Sequence record: OR327750.1
Length of the DNA: 64,000 nt
From: Escherichia phage KK4
Reading direction: 5' to 3' (one strand)
The notes under the pieces were generated by a model. The model searched no databases and was not told where the DNA came from. It worked only from the letters and a program-made list of their open reading frames with translations. The position numbers were made by a program, and so were the translations under genes. This document shows, in pieces, positions 10,173 to 29,515 of the stretch. Within the stretch, counting starts at the first letter, position 1. The number at the start of each line of letters is the position of its first letter.

Positions 10173-11039
10173 ATGTTCATTCAAGAACCAAAGAAATTGA
10201 TTGATACCGGCGAAATTGGTAACGCTTCTACTGGTGATATCTTATTCGACGGTGGTAATAAAATTAATAGTGATTTTAACGCAATTTATAATGCGTTTGG
10301 CGATCAGCGTAAAATGGCAGTAGCAAATGGCACTGGAGCAGATGGTCAAATTATCCATGCTACTGGGTATTATCAAAAACACTCTATTACAGAGTACGCA
10401 ACTCCAGTGAAAGTTGGCACTAGACATGATATTGATACCTCTACTGTAGGTGTTAAAGTTATTATTGAAAGAGGCGAACTCGGCGATTGTGTTGAATTCA
10501 TTAACTCTAATGGATCAATATCAGTTACTAATCCTTTAACAATTCAAGCTATTGATTCAATTAAAGGTGTTTCAGGTAATTTAGTAGTAACTAGCCCATA
10601 TAGTAAAGTTACTTTACGCTGTATTTCATCTGATAATTCTACGTCGGTTTGGAATTATTCTATTGAAAGTATGTTTGGACAAAAGGAATCACCAGCTGAA
10701 GGCACATGGAATATTTCTACATCCGGATCAGTTGATATTCCACTATTTCATCGCACTGAATACAATATGGCTAAATTGTTAGTTACGTGCCAATCGGTAG
10801 ATGGAAGAAAAATTAAAACGGCAGAAATAAATATTCTTGTGGATATTGTTAATTCAGAGGTCATTTCTTCTGAATATGCTGTCATGCGAGTTGGGAATGA
10901 AACCGAAGAAGACGAAATCGCTAATATTGCATTCAGTATTAAAGAAAATTATGTAACGGCGACTATAAGTTCTTCAACTGTCGGTATGAGAGCAGCAGTT
11001 AAAGTTATCGCTACGCAGAAAATCGAGGTGGCTCAATAA
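10173..11039 (+). CDS. 9: baseplate wedge / long tail fiber socket gp9
   Basis: 288 aa, same as T4 gp9. Confidence 0.9.
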   Translation: MFIQEPKKLIDTGEIGNASTGDILFDGGNKINSDFNAIYNAFGDQRKMAVANGTGADGQIIHATGYYQKHSITEYATPVKVGTRHDIDTSTVGVKVIIERGELGDCVEFINSNGSISVTNPLTIQAIDSIKGVSGNLVVTSPYSKVTLRCISSDNSTSVWNYSIESMFGQKESPAEGTWNISTSGSVDIPLFHRTEYNMAKLLVTCQSVDGRKIKTAEINILVDIVNSEVISSEYAVMRVGNETEEDEIANIAFSIKENYVTATISSSTVGMRAAVKVIATQKIEVAQ

Positions 11040-12844
11040 TGAAACAAAATATTAATATCGGTAATGTTGTAGATGATGGTACCGGTGACTACCTGCGTAA
11101 AGGTGGTATAAAAATAAATGAAAACTTTGATGAGCTTTATTACGAGCTTGGTGACGGTGATGTTCCATATTCAGCTGGTGCCTGGAAAACTTATAATGCT
11201 TCATCAGGACAAACACTAACAGCAGAATGGGGAAAATCATATGCCATTAACACTTCATCTGGAAGAGTAACTCTACAACTTCCTAAAGGAACCGTTAATG
11301 ATTATAATAAAGTAATTAAAGCTAGGGATGTATTTGCAACATGGAATGTTAATCCAGTTACTCTAGTAGCCGCTTCTGGTGATACTATTAAAGGATCATC
11401 GTCATCAGTTGAAATTAATGTTCAATTTAGCGATTTAGAATTAGTTTATTGTGCTCCAGGACGTTGGGAATATGTCAAAAACAAACAAATTGACAAAATT
11501 GTTAGTTCAGATATTAGTAATGTAGCTCGCAAAGAATTTTTAGTTGAAGTTCAAGGACAAACTGACTTTTTAGATGTTTTCAATGGAACTAGTTATAATG
11601 TTAATAACATAAGAGTGAAGCATCGTGGTAACGAATTATATTACGGTGATGTATTTAGTGAAAATAGCGACTTTGGCTCTCCAGGGGAAAATGAAGGAGA
11701 ACTAATTCCTCTCGATGGATTTAATATTCGATTAAGACAGCCTTGTAATATTGGTGACACTGTTCAAATTGAAACATTCATGGATGGTGTATCACAATGG
11801 AGAAGTTCATATACAAGACGCCAAATAAAAGTATTAGATTCAAAATTAACGTCAAAAACTTCTTTAGAAGGAAGTATTTACGTTACTGATTTATCAACAA
11901 TGAAATCAATTCCATTCTCTGCATTTGGATTAATTCCCGGAGAACCTATTAATCCTAATTCTCTTGAAGTTCGTTTTAATGGAATTTTACAACAACAAGC
12001 TGGAACAGCCGGATATCCTCTGTTTTTGTGTGAAGGTGCTAATTCAGATACGCAAGCAGGATGTATATCTCTTGGTGGTGAATGGAAAGAATCGAACACA
12101 GATTATTCTATAGAATATGAAGATGGAAAACCTGTCAGTCTTTTATTTGATAGAAAATTTGAATCAGGAGATATAATCGTTATAACATGGTTCAATAATG
12201 ATTTAGGAACTCTTTTAGAAAAAGATGACATTATTGAATTAACTGATGACCGTTATGTTAGTAAAGGATCATCTACTGAAGTTACTGGTGATGTAGCCTT
12301 AACAGATTTTGATAAAATCGGTTGGCCAAATGTTGAAAAAGTTGATTCTTATACTAGAACGTATAATTCAATATCATCTATTTTCGACAGCATTTATCCT
12401 GTTGGTTCAATTTATGAAAATGCTATAAACCCAAATAATCCGGTGACTTATATGGGATTTGGTTCATGGAAATTATTTGGTAAAGGGCAGGTTTTAGTAG
12501 GATGGAATGATGATGTTACGGATCCAAACTTTGCTTTAAACAATAATGATTTAGATTCTAGCGGAAATCCTTCACATACTGCCGGTGGAACAGTTGGTAC
12601 AACATCAGTAACGCTTGAAAACGCAAATCTTCCTGCGACTAAAACTGATGAAAGAGTTTTAATTGAAGACGAAAATGGATCGGTTATTATTGGAGGTTGC
12701 CAATATGACCCAGACGAAACTGGTCCTATATATACAAAATATCGTGAAGACTACGCAACAACAAACTCTTCACATACTCCTCCTGCTAATATTAGTAATA
12801 TTCAACCGTCTATTACTGTATACCGTTGGATAAGGATTGCATAA
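11039..12844 (+). CDS. 10: baseplate wedge subunit and tail pin gp10
   Basis: 601 aa (T4 gp10 602 aa); TAATG overlap with gene 9. Confidence 0.9.
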   Translation: MKQNINIGNVVDDGTGDYLRKGGIKINENFDELYYELGDGDVPYSAGAWKTYNASSGQTLTAEWGKSYAINTSSGRVTLQLPKGTVNDYNKVIKARDVFATWNVNPVTLVAASGDTIKGSSSSVEINVQFSDLELVYCAPGRWEYVKNKQIDKIVSSDISNVARKEFLVEVQGQTDFLDVFNGTSYNVNNIRVKHRGNELYYGDVFSENSDFGSPGENEGELIPLDGFNIRLRQPCNIGDTVQIETFMDGVSQWRSSYTRRQIKVLDSKLTSKTSLEGSIYVTDLSTMKSIPFSAFGLIPGEPINPNSLEVRFNGILQQQAGTAGYPLFLCEGANSDTQAGCISLGGEWKESNTDYSIEYEDGKPVSLLFDRKFESGDIIVITWFNNDLGTLLEKDDIIELTDDRYVSKGSSTEVTGDVALTDFDKIGWPNVEKVDSYTRTYNSISSIFDSIYPVGSIYENAINPNNPVTYMGFGSWKLFGKGQVLVGWNDDVTDPNFALNNNDLDSSGNPSHTAGGTVGTTSVTLENANLPATKTDERVLIEDENGSVIIGGCQYDPDETGPIYTKYREDYATTNSSHTPPANISNIQPSITVYRWIRIA

Positions 12845-13503
12845 TGAGTTTACTTAATAATAAAGCGGGAGTTATTTCCCGCTTAGCAGATTTTCTTGGT
12901 TTTAGAACTAAGAAAAATGATATTTCGGTTATGAATAATCAGCCGGTAGGCGCTGTAACAATTTCACAAATAGCAAAAGGTTTTTATGACTCAAATGTAG
13001 AATCTGCTATCAATGATGTTAGAAATATGGCAGAGCAACAGGTTGGAGCTGTATTAATTAATATAAGCGGCGTATCTCCTACTGGCGTGCAGCAAACAGA
13101 CTATTGGTCATTTGAAGGAACTGTTACTGATACTTCAGCCAAACCAGGTGACCCAGTTATTGTTAACATGTTTGGTATTCCAGTTAAAGCTACTAATGGA
13201 ATGACTTCAATTGAATTTACTAGTGCTGTTAGAACAGCTCTACAGGAAATGGTTGTAAAATTTATTGCAATTGATTCATTTGAAGACCATCCTACAATAG
13301 GAAATAAAATACAAGTTAAGTATTTAGATAACCAAGAACATATCTTAGAACAATACTCTGATAAAGGAATTACTTTCAAACAGGAAATAATTTCTCCTTC
13401 TAAACCTGGATACGGAACTTGGCAATTATTAGGTGCGCAAACTGTCACGCTAGATAGTCACACACAACCTACAGTATTTTATTATTTTGAGAGAATAGCA
13501 TGA
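12844..13503 (+). CDS. 11: baseplate wedge subunit and tail pin gp11
   Basis: ORF-track start 12826 is TTG; ATG at 12844 gives 219 aa starting MSLLNNKAG as in T4 gp11. Confidence 0.9.
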   Translation: MSLLNNKAGVISRLADFLGFRTKKNDISVMNNQPVGAVTISQIAKGFYDSNVESAINDVRNMAEQQVGAVLINISGVSPTGVQQTDYWSFEGTVTDTSAKPGDPVIVNMFGIPVKATNGMTSIEFTSAVRTALQEMVVKFIAIDSFEDHPTIGNKIQVKYLDNQEHILEQYSDKGITFKQEIISPSKPGYGTWQLLGAQTVTLDSHTQPTVFYYFERIA

Positions 13504-15050
13504 GTAACAATACATATCAGCACGTATCAAATGAATCAAAATATGTTAAATTCGATCCAGTAGGATCGAATTTTCCTGACACTGTCACGACAGTGCAGTC
13601 TGCATTATCAAAAATAAGTAATATCGGCGTAAATGGTATTCCTGATGCAACTATGGAAGTTAAAGGAATAGCAATGATCGCGTCAGAGCAAGAGGTTTTA
13701 GATGGAACAAATAATTCTAAAATCGTTACACCAGCTACATTAGCAACAAGATTATTGTATCCAAACGCTACTGAAACTAAATATGGTTTAACGCGTTATT
13801 CAACAAATGAAGAAACATTACAAGGCTCAGATAATAATTCATCAATAACGCCGCAAAAACTGAAATACCACACTGACGATGTGTTCCAAAATAGATATTC
13901 GTCTGAGTCATCAAACGGGGTTATTAAAATATCATCTACACCTGCAGCTTTAGCTGGAGTTGATGATACTACGGCAATGACTCCATTAAAAACACAAAAA
14001 CTTGCAATAAAATTAATTTCACAAATAGCTCCTTCCGAAGATACTGCATCAGAATCTGTGAGAGGTGTAGTTCAATTATCTACTGTTGCGCAAACTCGTC
14101 AAGGAACTCTCCGCGAAGGATATGCAATTTCTCCGTATACCTTTATGAATTCTGTTGCAACACAAGAATATAAGGGTGTTATACGTTTAGGAACACAATC
14201 GGAAATTAACAGTAATTTAGGAGATGTTGCAGTAACAGGTGAAACACTAAATGGTCGAGGAGCTACTGGTTCTATGCGCGGAGTAGTTAAATTAACGACG
14301 CAAGCCGGTATTGCCCCTGAAGGTGATAGTTCTGGAGCATTAGCATGGAACGCAGATGTAATTAATACTCGTGGTGGACAAACTATTAATGGTTCTTTAA
14401 ATTTAGACCATCTTACAGCAAACGGAATTTGGTCGCGCGGCGGAATGTGGAAAAATGGCGATCAACCTGTTGCCACTGAAAGATACGCGTCCGAAAGAAT
14501 TCCAGTTGGGACTATTATGATGTTTGCAGGTGATTCAGCACCTCCTGGTTGGCTTATGTGCCATGGTGGAACCGTGTCAGGTGACCAATTTCCTGATTAT
14601 AGAAACGTAGTTGGAGGAAGATTTGGTGGGGATTGGAATAATCCAGGGATTCCTGATATGCGAGGTCTTTTCGTCAGAGGAGCCGGCACAGGCGGTCATA
14701 TTTTAAATCAACGTGGACAAGATGGCTATGGAAAGGATAGACTGGGCGTAGGATGTGACGGAATGCATGTTGGTGGTGTTCAGACACAACAAATGTCATA
14801 CCATAAACACGCTGGTGGTTGGGGAGAATACCAAAGACATGAAGCTCCATTTGGCGCGTCCGTTTATCAAGGATATCTTGGAACTAGAAAATATTCCGAC
14901 TGGGATAATGCTTCATACTTCACTAATGATGGATTTGAATTAGGTGGACCGAGAGATGCTCTCGGTACACTTAATCGTGAAGGATTAATTGGTTATGAAA
15001 CTAGACCATGGAATATATCATTAAACTATATTATTAAAGTTCATTACTAA
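13500..15050 (+). CDS. 12: short tail fiber gp12
   Basis: 516 aa; N-terminus [20 protein letters not shown] recognised as gp12. Confidence 0.9.
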   Translation: MSNNTYQHVSNESKYVKFDPVGSNFPDTVTTVQSALSKISNIGVNGIPDATMEVKGIAMIASEQEVLDGTNNSKIVTPATLATRLLYPNATETKYGLTRYSTNEETLQGSDNNSSITPQKLKYHTDDVFQNRYSSESSNGVIKISSTPAALAGVDDTTAMTPLKTQKLAIKLISQIAPSEDTASESVRGVVQLSTVAQTRQGTLREGYAISPYTFMNSVATQEYKGVIRLGTQSEINSNLGDVAVTGETLNGRGATGSMRGVVKLTTQAGIAPEGDSSGALAWNADVINTRGGQTINGSLNLDHLTANGIWSRGGMWKNGDQPVATERYASERIPVGTIMMFAGDSAPPGWLMCHGGTVSGDQFPDYRNVVGGRFGGDWNNPGIPDMRGLFVRGAGTGGHILNQRGQDGYGKDRLGVGCDGMHVGGVQTQQMSYHKHAGGWGEYQRHEAPFGASVYQGYLGTRKYSDWDNASYFTNDGFELGGPRDALGTLNREGLIGYETRPWNISLNYIIKVHY

Positions 15051-16517
<1,467 letters not shown>

Positions 16518-16520
16518 CAT

Positions 16521-16536
16521 GGGGCCGCAAGGCCCC
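16521..16536 (+). other. GC-rich GNRA-loop hairpin between wac and gene 13
   Basis: GGGGCC-GCAA-GGCCCC perfect 6-bp stem; no T-tract follows, so more likely an RNA stability or processing element than a terminator. Confidence 0.4.
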
Positions 16537-16548
16537 AAAGGATTTTAA

Positions 16549-18250
<1,702 letters not shown>

Positions 18251-18291
18251 TAAATATTATAAACTAATTAAAGCCCAGATTAGGAGAAATC

Positions 18292-21432
<3,141 letters not shown>

Positions 21433-21460
21433 TATTAAAGCATATTAAAGAGGATTAAAA

Positions 21461-23440
21461 ATGACTTTATTATCTCCGGGCATTGAGCTCAAAGAAACTA
21501 CGGTTCAAAGCACCGTGGTTAATAACTCTACTGGTACAGCAGCTTTGGCCGGTAAATTCCAGTGGGGTCCTGCTTTTCAGATTAAACAGGTTACAAATGA
21601 AGTAGATTTAGTTAATACTTTTGGTCAACCAACCGCTGAAACTGCTGACTATTTTATGTCTGCGATGAATTTCTTGCAGTACGGAAATGACTTACGAGTA
21701 GTTCGTGCTGTTGATAGAGATACCGCTAAAAACTCATCGCCAATTGCTGGTAATATTGAATACACAATTTCTACCCCAGGTAGTAACTACGCGGTTGGAG
21801 ATAAAATCACTGTCAAATATGTTTCAGATGATATTGAAACTGAAGGTAAAATTACTGAAGTAGACGCAGATGGAAAAATTAAGAAAATTAATATTCCTAC
21901 TGCAAAAATTATCGCTAAAGCTAAAGAAGTCGGTGAATACCCGGAATTAGGTTCTAACTGGACTGCGGAAATTTCTTCGTCTTCCTCTGGTTTAGCTGCA
22001 GTAATAACTCTTGGAAAAATTATTACTGATTCTGGTATTTTATTAGCTGAAATTGAAAATGCTGAAGCTGCTATGACAGCGGTTGACTTTCAAGCAAATC
22101 TTAAAAAATACGGAATTCCGGGAGTAGTAGCGCTTTATCCAGGCGAATTAGGCGATAAAATTGAAATTGAAATCGTATCTAAAGCTGACTATGCAAAAGG
22201 AGCTTCTGCATTACTCCCAATTTATCCGGGCGGTGGTACTCGTGCATCTACTGCTAAAGCAGTGTTTGGGTATGGACCACAAACTGATTCACAGTACGCT
22301 ATTATAGTTCGTCGCAATGATGCTATTGTTCAAAGCGTTGTTCTTTCAACTAAGCGTGGTGAAAAAGATATTTACGATAGTAACATCTATATCGATGACT
22401 TTTTCGCAAAAGGTGGTTCAGAATATATTTTTGCAACTGCACAAAACTGGCCAGAAGGCTTCTCTGGAATTTTAACTCTGTCTGGTGGATTATCATCAAA
22501 TGCTGAAGTAACAGCAGGAGATTTGATGGAAGCTTGGGACTTCTTTGCTGACCGCGAATCTGTTGATGTTCAGTTGTTTATTGCGGGTTCTTGTGCCGGT
22601 GAATCTTTAGAAACAGCATCTACTGTCCAAAAACACGTCGTTTCAATTGGGGATGCTCGCCAAGATTGCTTAGTATTGTGCTCTCCTCCGCGTGAAACTG
22701 TAGTTGGAATTCCTGTAACTCGTGCTGTTGATAACTTAGTCAATTGGAGAACTGCAGCAGGTTCATACACTGATAATAACTTTAATATCAGTTCAACCTA
22801 CGCAGCAATTGATGGTAACTACAAGTATCAGTATGACAAATATAATGATGTGAATCGTTGGGTTCCATTAGCAGCTGATATTGCTGGTTTATGCGCAAGA
22901 ACTGATAACGTATCTCAGACTTGGATGTCTCCAGCTGGTTATAATCGTGGCCAAATTTTGAACGTTATTAAACTGGCTATTGAAACTCGCCAGGCTCAGC
23001 GCGACCGTTTATACCAAGAAGCTATCAACCCAGTAACTGGTACAGGTGGTGATGGTTACGTATTGTATGGTGATAAAACAGCTACTTCTGTTCCTTCTCC
23101 ATTTGATCGTATTAACGTTCGTCGTCTGTTTAACATGTTGAAAACGAACATCGGACGTAGTTCAAAATATCGTTTGTTCGAATTAAACAACGCGTTTACT
23201 CGTTCATCATTCCGCACAGAAACTGCCCAGTACTTACAGGGAATTAAAGCTCTCGGTGGAATTTATGAATATCGTGTAGTTTGCGATACAACAAATAACA
23301 CTCCGTCAGTAATTGATAGAAATGAGTTTGTTGCAACATTCTACATCCAACCGGCTAGAAGCATTAACTACATTACCTTAAACTTCGTAGCAACTGCTAC
23401 TGGTGCAGATTTCGATGAGTTAACTGGTCTTGCAGGTTAA
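21461..23440 (+). CDS. 18: tail sheath protein gp18
   Basis: 659 aa, same as T4 gp18. Confidence 0.95.
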   Translation: MTLLSPGIELKETTVQSTVVNNSTGTAALAGKFQWGPAFQIKQVTNEVDLVNTFGQPTAETADYFMSAMNFLQYGNDLRVVRAVDRDTAKNSSPIAGNIEYTISTPGSNYAVGDKITVKYVSDDIETEGKITEVDADGKIKKINIPTAKIIAKAKEVGEYPELGSNWTAEISSSSSGLAAVITLGKIITDSGILLAEIENAEAAMTAVDFQANLKKYGIPGVVALYPGELGDKIEIEIVSKADYAKGASALLPIYPGGGTRASTAKAVFGYGPQTDSQYAIIVRRNDAIVQSVVLSTKRGEKDIYDSNIYIDDFFAKGGSEYIFATAQNWPEGFSGILTLSGGLSSNAEVTAGDLMEAWDFFADRESVDVQLFIAGSCAGESLETASTVQKHVVSIGDARQDCLVLCSPPRETVVGIPVTRAVDNLVNWRTAAGSYTDNNFNISSTYAAIDGNYKYQYDKYNDVNRWVPLAADIAGLCARTDNVSQTWMSPAGYNRGQILNVIKLAIETRQAQRDRLYQEAINPVTGTGGDGYVLYGDKTATSVPSPFDRINVRRLFNMLKTNIGRSSKYRLFELNNAFTRSSFRTETAQYLQGIKALGGIYEYRVVCDTTNNTPSVIDRNEFVATFYIQPARSINYITLNFVATATGADFDELTGLAG

Positions 23441-23456
23441 TACGGTGCATTCTAAA

Positions 23457-23474
23457 GGCCTGTTTCGGCAGGCC
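23457..23474 (+). other. hairpin after gene 18
   Basis: GGCCTG-TTTCGG-CAGGCC inverted repeat directly before a late promoter motif. Confidence 0.4.
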
Positions 23475-23475
23475 A

Positions 23476-23483
23476 TATAAATA
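23476..23483 (+). promoter_or_regulatory. late promoter motif TATAAATA (first of two upstream of gene 19)
   Basis: exact TATAAATA. Confidence 0.5.
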
Positions 23484-23534
23484 CACTATATCCTTAATTC
23501 TTTAATTCTATATGCCCTAGGTTAAACATAGGGA

Positions 23535-23542
23535 TATAAATA
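23535..23542 (+). promoter_or_regulatory. late promoter motif TATAAATA (gene 19 proximal)
   Basis: exact TATAAATA 15 bp upstream of the gene 19 ATG. Confidence 0.55.
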
Positions 23543-23556
23543 CTACAGAGGCTAAT

Positions 23557-24048
23557 ATGTTTGTAGATGATGTAACACGAGCGTTTGAATCTGGTGATTT
23601 TGCTCGACCTAACTTATTCCAAGTAGAAATTTCTTATCTTGGACAAAATTTTACGTTTCAATGTAAAGCCACTGCTTTACCAGCTGGTATTGTAGAAAAA
23701 ATTCCAGTCGGATTTATGAACCGTAAAATTAACGTAGCAGGCGATCGTACATTCGATGACTGGACTGTTACAGTAATGAACGATGAAGCTCATGATGCTC
23801 GCCAGAAGTTTGTTGATTGGCAAAGCATTGCTGCTGGTCAAGGAAACGAAATTACTGGTGGAAAACCTGCAGAGTATAAAAAGAGCGCTATCGTTCGTCA
23901 ATATGCTCGTGACGCTAAAACAGTAACAAAAGAAATTGAAATTAAAGGTCTGTGGCCTACTAACGTAGGTGAACTTCAGTTAGATTGGGATTCAAACAAT
24001 GAAATCCAAACCTTTGAAGTAACTCTTGCTCTCGATTATTGGGAATAA
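23557..24048 (+). CDS. 19: tail tube protein gp19
   Basis: 163 aa, same as T4 gp19. Confidence 0.95.
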   Translation: MFVDDVTRAFESGDFARPNLFQVEISYLGQNFTFQCKATALPAGIVEKIPVGFMNRKINVAGDRTFDDWTVTVMNDEAHDARQKFVDWQSIAAGQGNEITGGKPAEYKKSAIVRQYARDAKTVTKEIEIKGLWPTNVGELQLDWDSNNEIQTFEVTLALDYWE

Positions 24049-24054
24049 AATGAA

Positions 24055-24070
24055 TGGGGAGAAATCCCCA
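24055..24070 (+). other. GNRA-loop hairpin after gene 19
   Basis: TGGGGA-GAAA-TCCCCA perfect 6-bp stem. Confidence 0.4.
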
Positions 24071-24080
24071 TCCTGCTTAA

Positions 24081-25705
<1,625 letters not shown>

Positions 25706-25706
<1 letters not shown>

Positions 25707-25945
25707 TGGAAGGTTTAATTGAAGCTATTAAATCAAACGACCTCGTAGCCGCTCGTAAATTATTTGCTGAAGCCATGGCTGCAAGAACGATTGATTTAAT
25801 TAAAGAAGAAAAAATCGCTATCGCTCGTAATTTCTTAATCGAAGGTGAAGAACCTGAAGACGAGGATGAAGATGATGACAAAGATAGCGATGATAAAGAC
25901 GACAAAAAAGACAAAGACTCTGACGAAGACGAGGATGATGAATAA
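25706..25945 (+). CDS. 67: prohead core protein gp67
   Basis: 79 aa with extremely acidic C-terminus ([16 protein letters not shown]...); position between 20 and 68. Confidence 0.85.
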
Positions 25946-26370
25946 TGCTTCTGATCCCTGAAACTCATGAATTAGTTCTCGAGAATGTCGAAGCACTTAT
26001 TCCTGAAGCACAGGGTCGCTTTGACGAATTGTCTTCTGCTTTAAATAAAGACGATATAAATACAATTGTCGAGAATATGCTTGATGATGAAACTGATTTA
26101 GCGGTTGCATTAGCTTCTATTAATGAAAATATGCCGTTAAATGAATTCATCGTTAAACATGTTTCCGCTCGTGGTGAAATTACTCGCACTAAAGACCGCA
26201 AAACGCGTGAACGTAATGCATTTCAAACCACTGGGCTGTCTAAAGCAAAACGTAGACAAATTGCTCGTAAAGCTACCAAAACGAAGATTGCCAATCCAGC
26301 AGGTCAATCTCGTGCTCAGCGTAAGCGTAAAAAAGCTCTTAAACGCCGTAAAGCATTAGGATTAAGCTAA
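25945..26370 (+). CDS. 68: prohead core protein gp68
   Basis: 141 aa, same as T4 gp68; basic C-terminus. Confidence 0.85.
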
Positions 26371-27008
26371 TGAATGAACCCCAATTACTAATTGAAACTT
26401 GGGGTCAACCTGGCGAAATTATTGATGGCGTGCCAATGCTTGAATCTCATGATGGAAAAGACTTAGGTTTAAAACCGGGTTTATACATCGAAGGAATATT
26501 CATGCAAGCGGAAGTCGTCAATAGAAATAAACGTCTTTATCCAAAACGCATATTAGAAAAAGCGGTAAAAGACTATATTAATGAGCAAGTTTTAACTAAA
26601 CAAGCTCTCGGAGAATTAAATCATCCTCCACGCGCTAATGTTGACCCGATGCAAGCCGCTATCATTATAGAAGATATGTGGTGGAAAGGAAATGACGTAT
26701 ACGGACGAGCTCGTGTTATTGAAGGTGACCATGGTCCTGGAGATAAATTAGCAGCTAATATTCGTGCCGGATGGATTCCAGGAGTTTCTTCTCGTGGATT
26801 AGGTTCATTGACTGACACAAATAAAGGTTATCGTATCGTAAACGAAGGATTCAAATTAACTGTAGGTGTTGATGCAGTATGGGGTCCAAGTGCTCCAGAT
26901 GCATGGGTAACTCCTAAGGAAATTACAGAATCACAGACGGCGGAAGCCGATACAAGTGCCGATGACGCCTATATGGCTCTCGCAGAGGCCATGAAAAAAG
27001 CGTTATAA
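26370..27008 (+). CDS. 21: prohead core scaffold protein and maturation protease gp21
   Basis: 212 aa, same as T4 gp21. Confidence 0.9.
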   Translation: MNEPQLLIETWGQPGEIIDGVPMLESHDGKDLGLKPGLYIEGIFMQAEVVNRNKRLYPKRILEKAVKDYINEQVLTKQALGELNHPPRANVDPMQAAIIIEDMWWKGNDVYGRARVIEGDHGPGDKLAANIRAGWIPGVSSRGLGSLTDTNKGYRIVNEGFKLTVGVDAVWGPSAPDAWVTPKEITESQTAEADTSADDAYMALAEAMKKAL

Positions 27009-27011
27009 ATA
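27004..27011 (+). promoter_or_regulatory. late promoter motif TATAAATA upstream of gene 22
   Basis: exact TATAAATA overlapping the gene 21 stop codon. Confidence 0.5.
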
Positions 27012-27038
27012 TTATTATCTAAACAACAGGACTACAAA

Positions 27039-27848
27039 ATGCTTAAAGAACAACTGATTGCCGAAGCGCAGAAAATTGATGCTTCCGTTGCTCTTGATAG
27101 TATTTTCGAATCAGTTAATATTTCTCCGGAAGCAAAAGAAACTTTCGGCACTGTATTCGAAGCTACCGTCAAGCAGCACGCCGTTAAATTAGCTGAATCT
27201 CATATCGCTAAAATTGCTGAAAAAGCAGAAGAAGAAGTAGAAAAAAATAAAGAAGAAGCCGAAGAAAAAGCTGAGAAGAAAATCGCTGAGCAAGCTTCTA
27301 AATTCATTGACCATCTTGCAAAAGAATGGCTCGCTGAAAATAAATTAGCAGTTGATAAAGGCATCAAAGCCGAACTGTTTGAATCCATGCTTGGTGGATT
27401 GAAAGAGCTCTTCGTTGAACACAACGTTGTTGTTCCAGAAGAATCAGTTGATGTTGTAGCTGAAATGGAAGAAGAACTGCAAGAACATAAAGAAGAATCA
27501 GCTCGTCTGTTCGAAGAACTCAATAAGCGTGACGCATATATCAATTATGTGCAGCGTGAAGTGGCATTGAGCGAAAGTACTAAAGATCTGACTGAGTCTC
27601 AAAAAGAAAAAGTCTCTGCTCTGGTCGAAGGTATGGATTATTCAGATGCATTCTCAAGTAAATTGAGTGCAATCGTAGAAATGGTGAAGAAATCTAATAA
27701 AGATGAAAGCACTATTACTGAGAGTATAAATACTCCTGATACTGAAGCAGCCGGACTGAATTTCGTCACTGAAGCTGTAGAAGATAAATCTGCACAAGGT
27801 GCAGAAGATATTGTAAGTGTATATGCGAAAGTCGCATCTCGTTTCTAA
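27039..27848 (+). CDS. 22: prohead core scaffold protein gp22
   Basis: 269 aa, E/K/A-rich helical scaffold; same length as T4 gp22. Confidence 0.9.
   Translation: MLKEQLIAEAQKIDASVALDSIFESVNISPEAKETFGTVFEATVKQHAVKLAESHIAKIAEKAEEEVEKNKEEAEEKAEKKIAEQASKFIDHLAKEWLAENKLAVDKGIKAELFESMLGGLKELFVEHNVVVPEESVDVVAEMEEELQEHKEESARLFEELNKRDAYINYVQREVALSESTKDLTESQKEKVSALVEGMDYSDAFSSKLSAIVEMVKKSNKDESTITESINTPDTEAAGLNFVTEAVEDKSAQGAEDIVSVYAKVASRF
27725..27732 (+). promoter_or_regulatory. late promoter motif TATAAATA inside the 3' end of gene 22 (P23 position)
   Basis: exact TATAAATA about 135 bp upstream of the gene 23 ATG. Confidence 0.5.
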
Positions 27849-27866
27849 TTTTAAAGGTTAACACAA

Positions 27867-29432
27867 ATGACTATCAAAACTAAAGCTGAACTTTTGAACA
27901 AATGGAAGCCATTACTGGAAGGTGAAGGTTTACCGGAAATTGCTAATAGCAAACAAGCGATTATCGCTAAAATCTTTGAAAACCAGGAAAAAGATTTCCA
28001 GACAGCTCCGGAATATAAAGACGAAAAAATTGCTCAGGCATTCGGTTCTTTCTTAACAGAAGCTGAAATCGGTGGTGACCACGGTTACAATGCTACCAAC
28101 ATCGCTGCTGGTCAGACTTCTGGCGCAGTAACTCAGATTGGCCCAGCTGTTATGGGTATGGTACGTCGTGCTATTCCTAACCTGATTGCTTTCGATATTT
28201 GTGGTGTTCAGCCAATGAACAGCCCGACTGGCCAGGTATTCGCGCTGCGCGCAGTATATGGTAAAGATCCAATCGCTTCCGGCGCTAAAGAAGCATTCCA
28301 CCCAATGTATGGTCCAGATGCAATGTTCTCTGGTCAGGGTGCTGCTAAGAAATTCGCTGCTTTGAAAGCAAGTGATACTCTTGAAGTCGGAACTATTTAC
28401 ACTCACTTCTTCCAGGAAACTGGTACAGTATATCTGCAAGCTACAGCAGCTAAACAAATTGATTCAGGCGCATCTGACGCAGACAAATTAGATGCTGAAA
28501 TTAAGAAACAAATGGAAGCTGGTGTACTGGTAGAAATCGCTGAAGGTATGGCTACTTCTATCGCTGAACTTCAGGAAGGTTTCAACGGTTCTACCGATAA
28601 CCCATGGAATGAAATGGGCTTCCGTATCGATAAACAAGTTATCGAAGCTAAATCTCGTCAGCTGAAAGCTGCTTACTCTATTGAATTAGCACAAGACCTC
28701 CGCGCTGTTCATGGTATGGATGCTGATGCTGAACTGTCTGGTATTCTGGCTACAGAAATTATGCTGGAAATCAACCGCGAAGTTGTTGATTGGATTAACT
28801 ACTCCGCTCAGGTTGGTAAATCTGGTATGACCCTGACTCCGGGTTCTAAAGCTGGTGTATTTGACTTCCAGGACCCAATCGATATTCGTGGTGCTCGCTG
28901 GGCAGGTGAATCCTTTAAAGCTCTGTTGTTCCAGATTGACAAAGAAGCAGTTGAAATTGCTCGTCAGACTGGTCGCGGCGAAGGTAACTTCATTATCGCT
29001 TCCCGTAACGTAGTTAACGTTCTGGCTTCAGTTGATACCGGCATTTCTTATGCTGCACAGGGTCTGGCTACCGGCTTTAACACTGATACTACCAAGTCAG
29101 TATTTGCTGGTGTTCTGGGTGGTAAATACCGTGTATATATCGACCAGTATGCTAAACAGGATTATTTCACTGTAGGTTATAAAGGTCCGAACGAAATGGA
29201 TGCTGGTATTTACTACGCTCCATATGTAGCTCTGACTCCGCTGCGTGGTTCCGATCCGAAGAACTTCCAACCGGTAATGGGATTCAAAACTCGTTACGGT
29301 ATCGGTATCAACCCATTTGCAGAATCCGCTGCTCAGGCTCCGGCTTCTCGCATCCAGAGCGGTATGCCTTCTATTCTGAATAGCCTTGGTAAAAATGCTT
29401 ACTTCCGCCGTGTATATGTTAAAGGTATCTAA
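27867..29432 (+). CDS. 23: major capsid protein gp23
   Basis: 521 aa; N-terminus MTIKTKAELLNKWKPLLEGEGLPEIANSKQAIIAKIFENQEKDFQ recognised as T4 gp23. Confidence 0.97.
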   Translation: MTIKTKAELLNKWKPLLEGEGLPEIANSKQAIIAKIFENQEKDFQTAPEYKDEKIAQAFGSFLTEAEIGGDHGYNATNIAAGQTSGAVTQIGPAVMGMVRRAIPNLIAFDICGVQPMNSPTGQVFALRAVYGKDPIASGAKEAFHPMYGPDAMFSGQGAAKKFAALKASDTLEVGTIYTHFFQETGTVYLQATAAKQIDSGASDADKLDAEIKKQMEAGVLVEIAEGMATSIAELQEGFNGSTDNPWNEMGFRIDKQVIEAKSRQLKAAYSIELAQDLRAVHGMDADAELSGILATEIMLEINREVVDWINYSAQVGKSGMTLTPGSKAGVFDFQDPIDIRGARWAGESFKALLFQIDKEAVEIARQTGRGEGNFIIASRNVVNVLASVDTGISYAAQGLATGFNTDTTKSVFAGVLGGKYRVYIDQYAKQDYFTVGYKGPNEMDAGIYYAPYVALTPLRGSDPKNFQPVMGFKTRYGIGINPFAESAAQAPASRIQSGMPSILNSLGKNAYFRRVYVKGI

Positions 29433-29447
29433 TCTTTGACGATTTAA

Positions 29448-29463
29448 GGGACCTTCGGGTCCC
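29448..29463 (+). terminator. tetraloop hairpin after gene 23
   Basis: GGGACC-TTCG-GGTCCC perfect stem, followed by T-rich TTTAGTTGTTTTTA. Confidence 0.5.
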
Positions 29464-29480
29464 TTTAGTTGTTTTTATGG

Positions 29481-29488
29481 TATAAATA
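29481..29488 (+). promoter_or_regulatory. late promoter motif TATAAATA upstream of gene 24
   Basis: exact TATAAATA 28 bp upstream of the gene 24 ATG. Confidence 0.55.
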
Positions 29489-29515
29489 AATCATATAAAC
29501 CAAAAGGAAAGCGCA

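Noticed and set aside
27200-27544. 114-aa Ser-rich minus-strand ORF
   Set aside because: Antisense of the Glu/Ala/Lys-rich scaffold gene 22; low-complexity artefact.
28053-28457. 134-aa minus-strand ORF inside gene 23
   Set aside because: Embedded antisense in the major capsid gene; no start signals; gene 23 is unambiguous.
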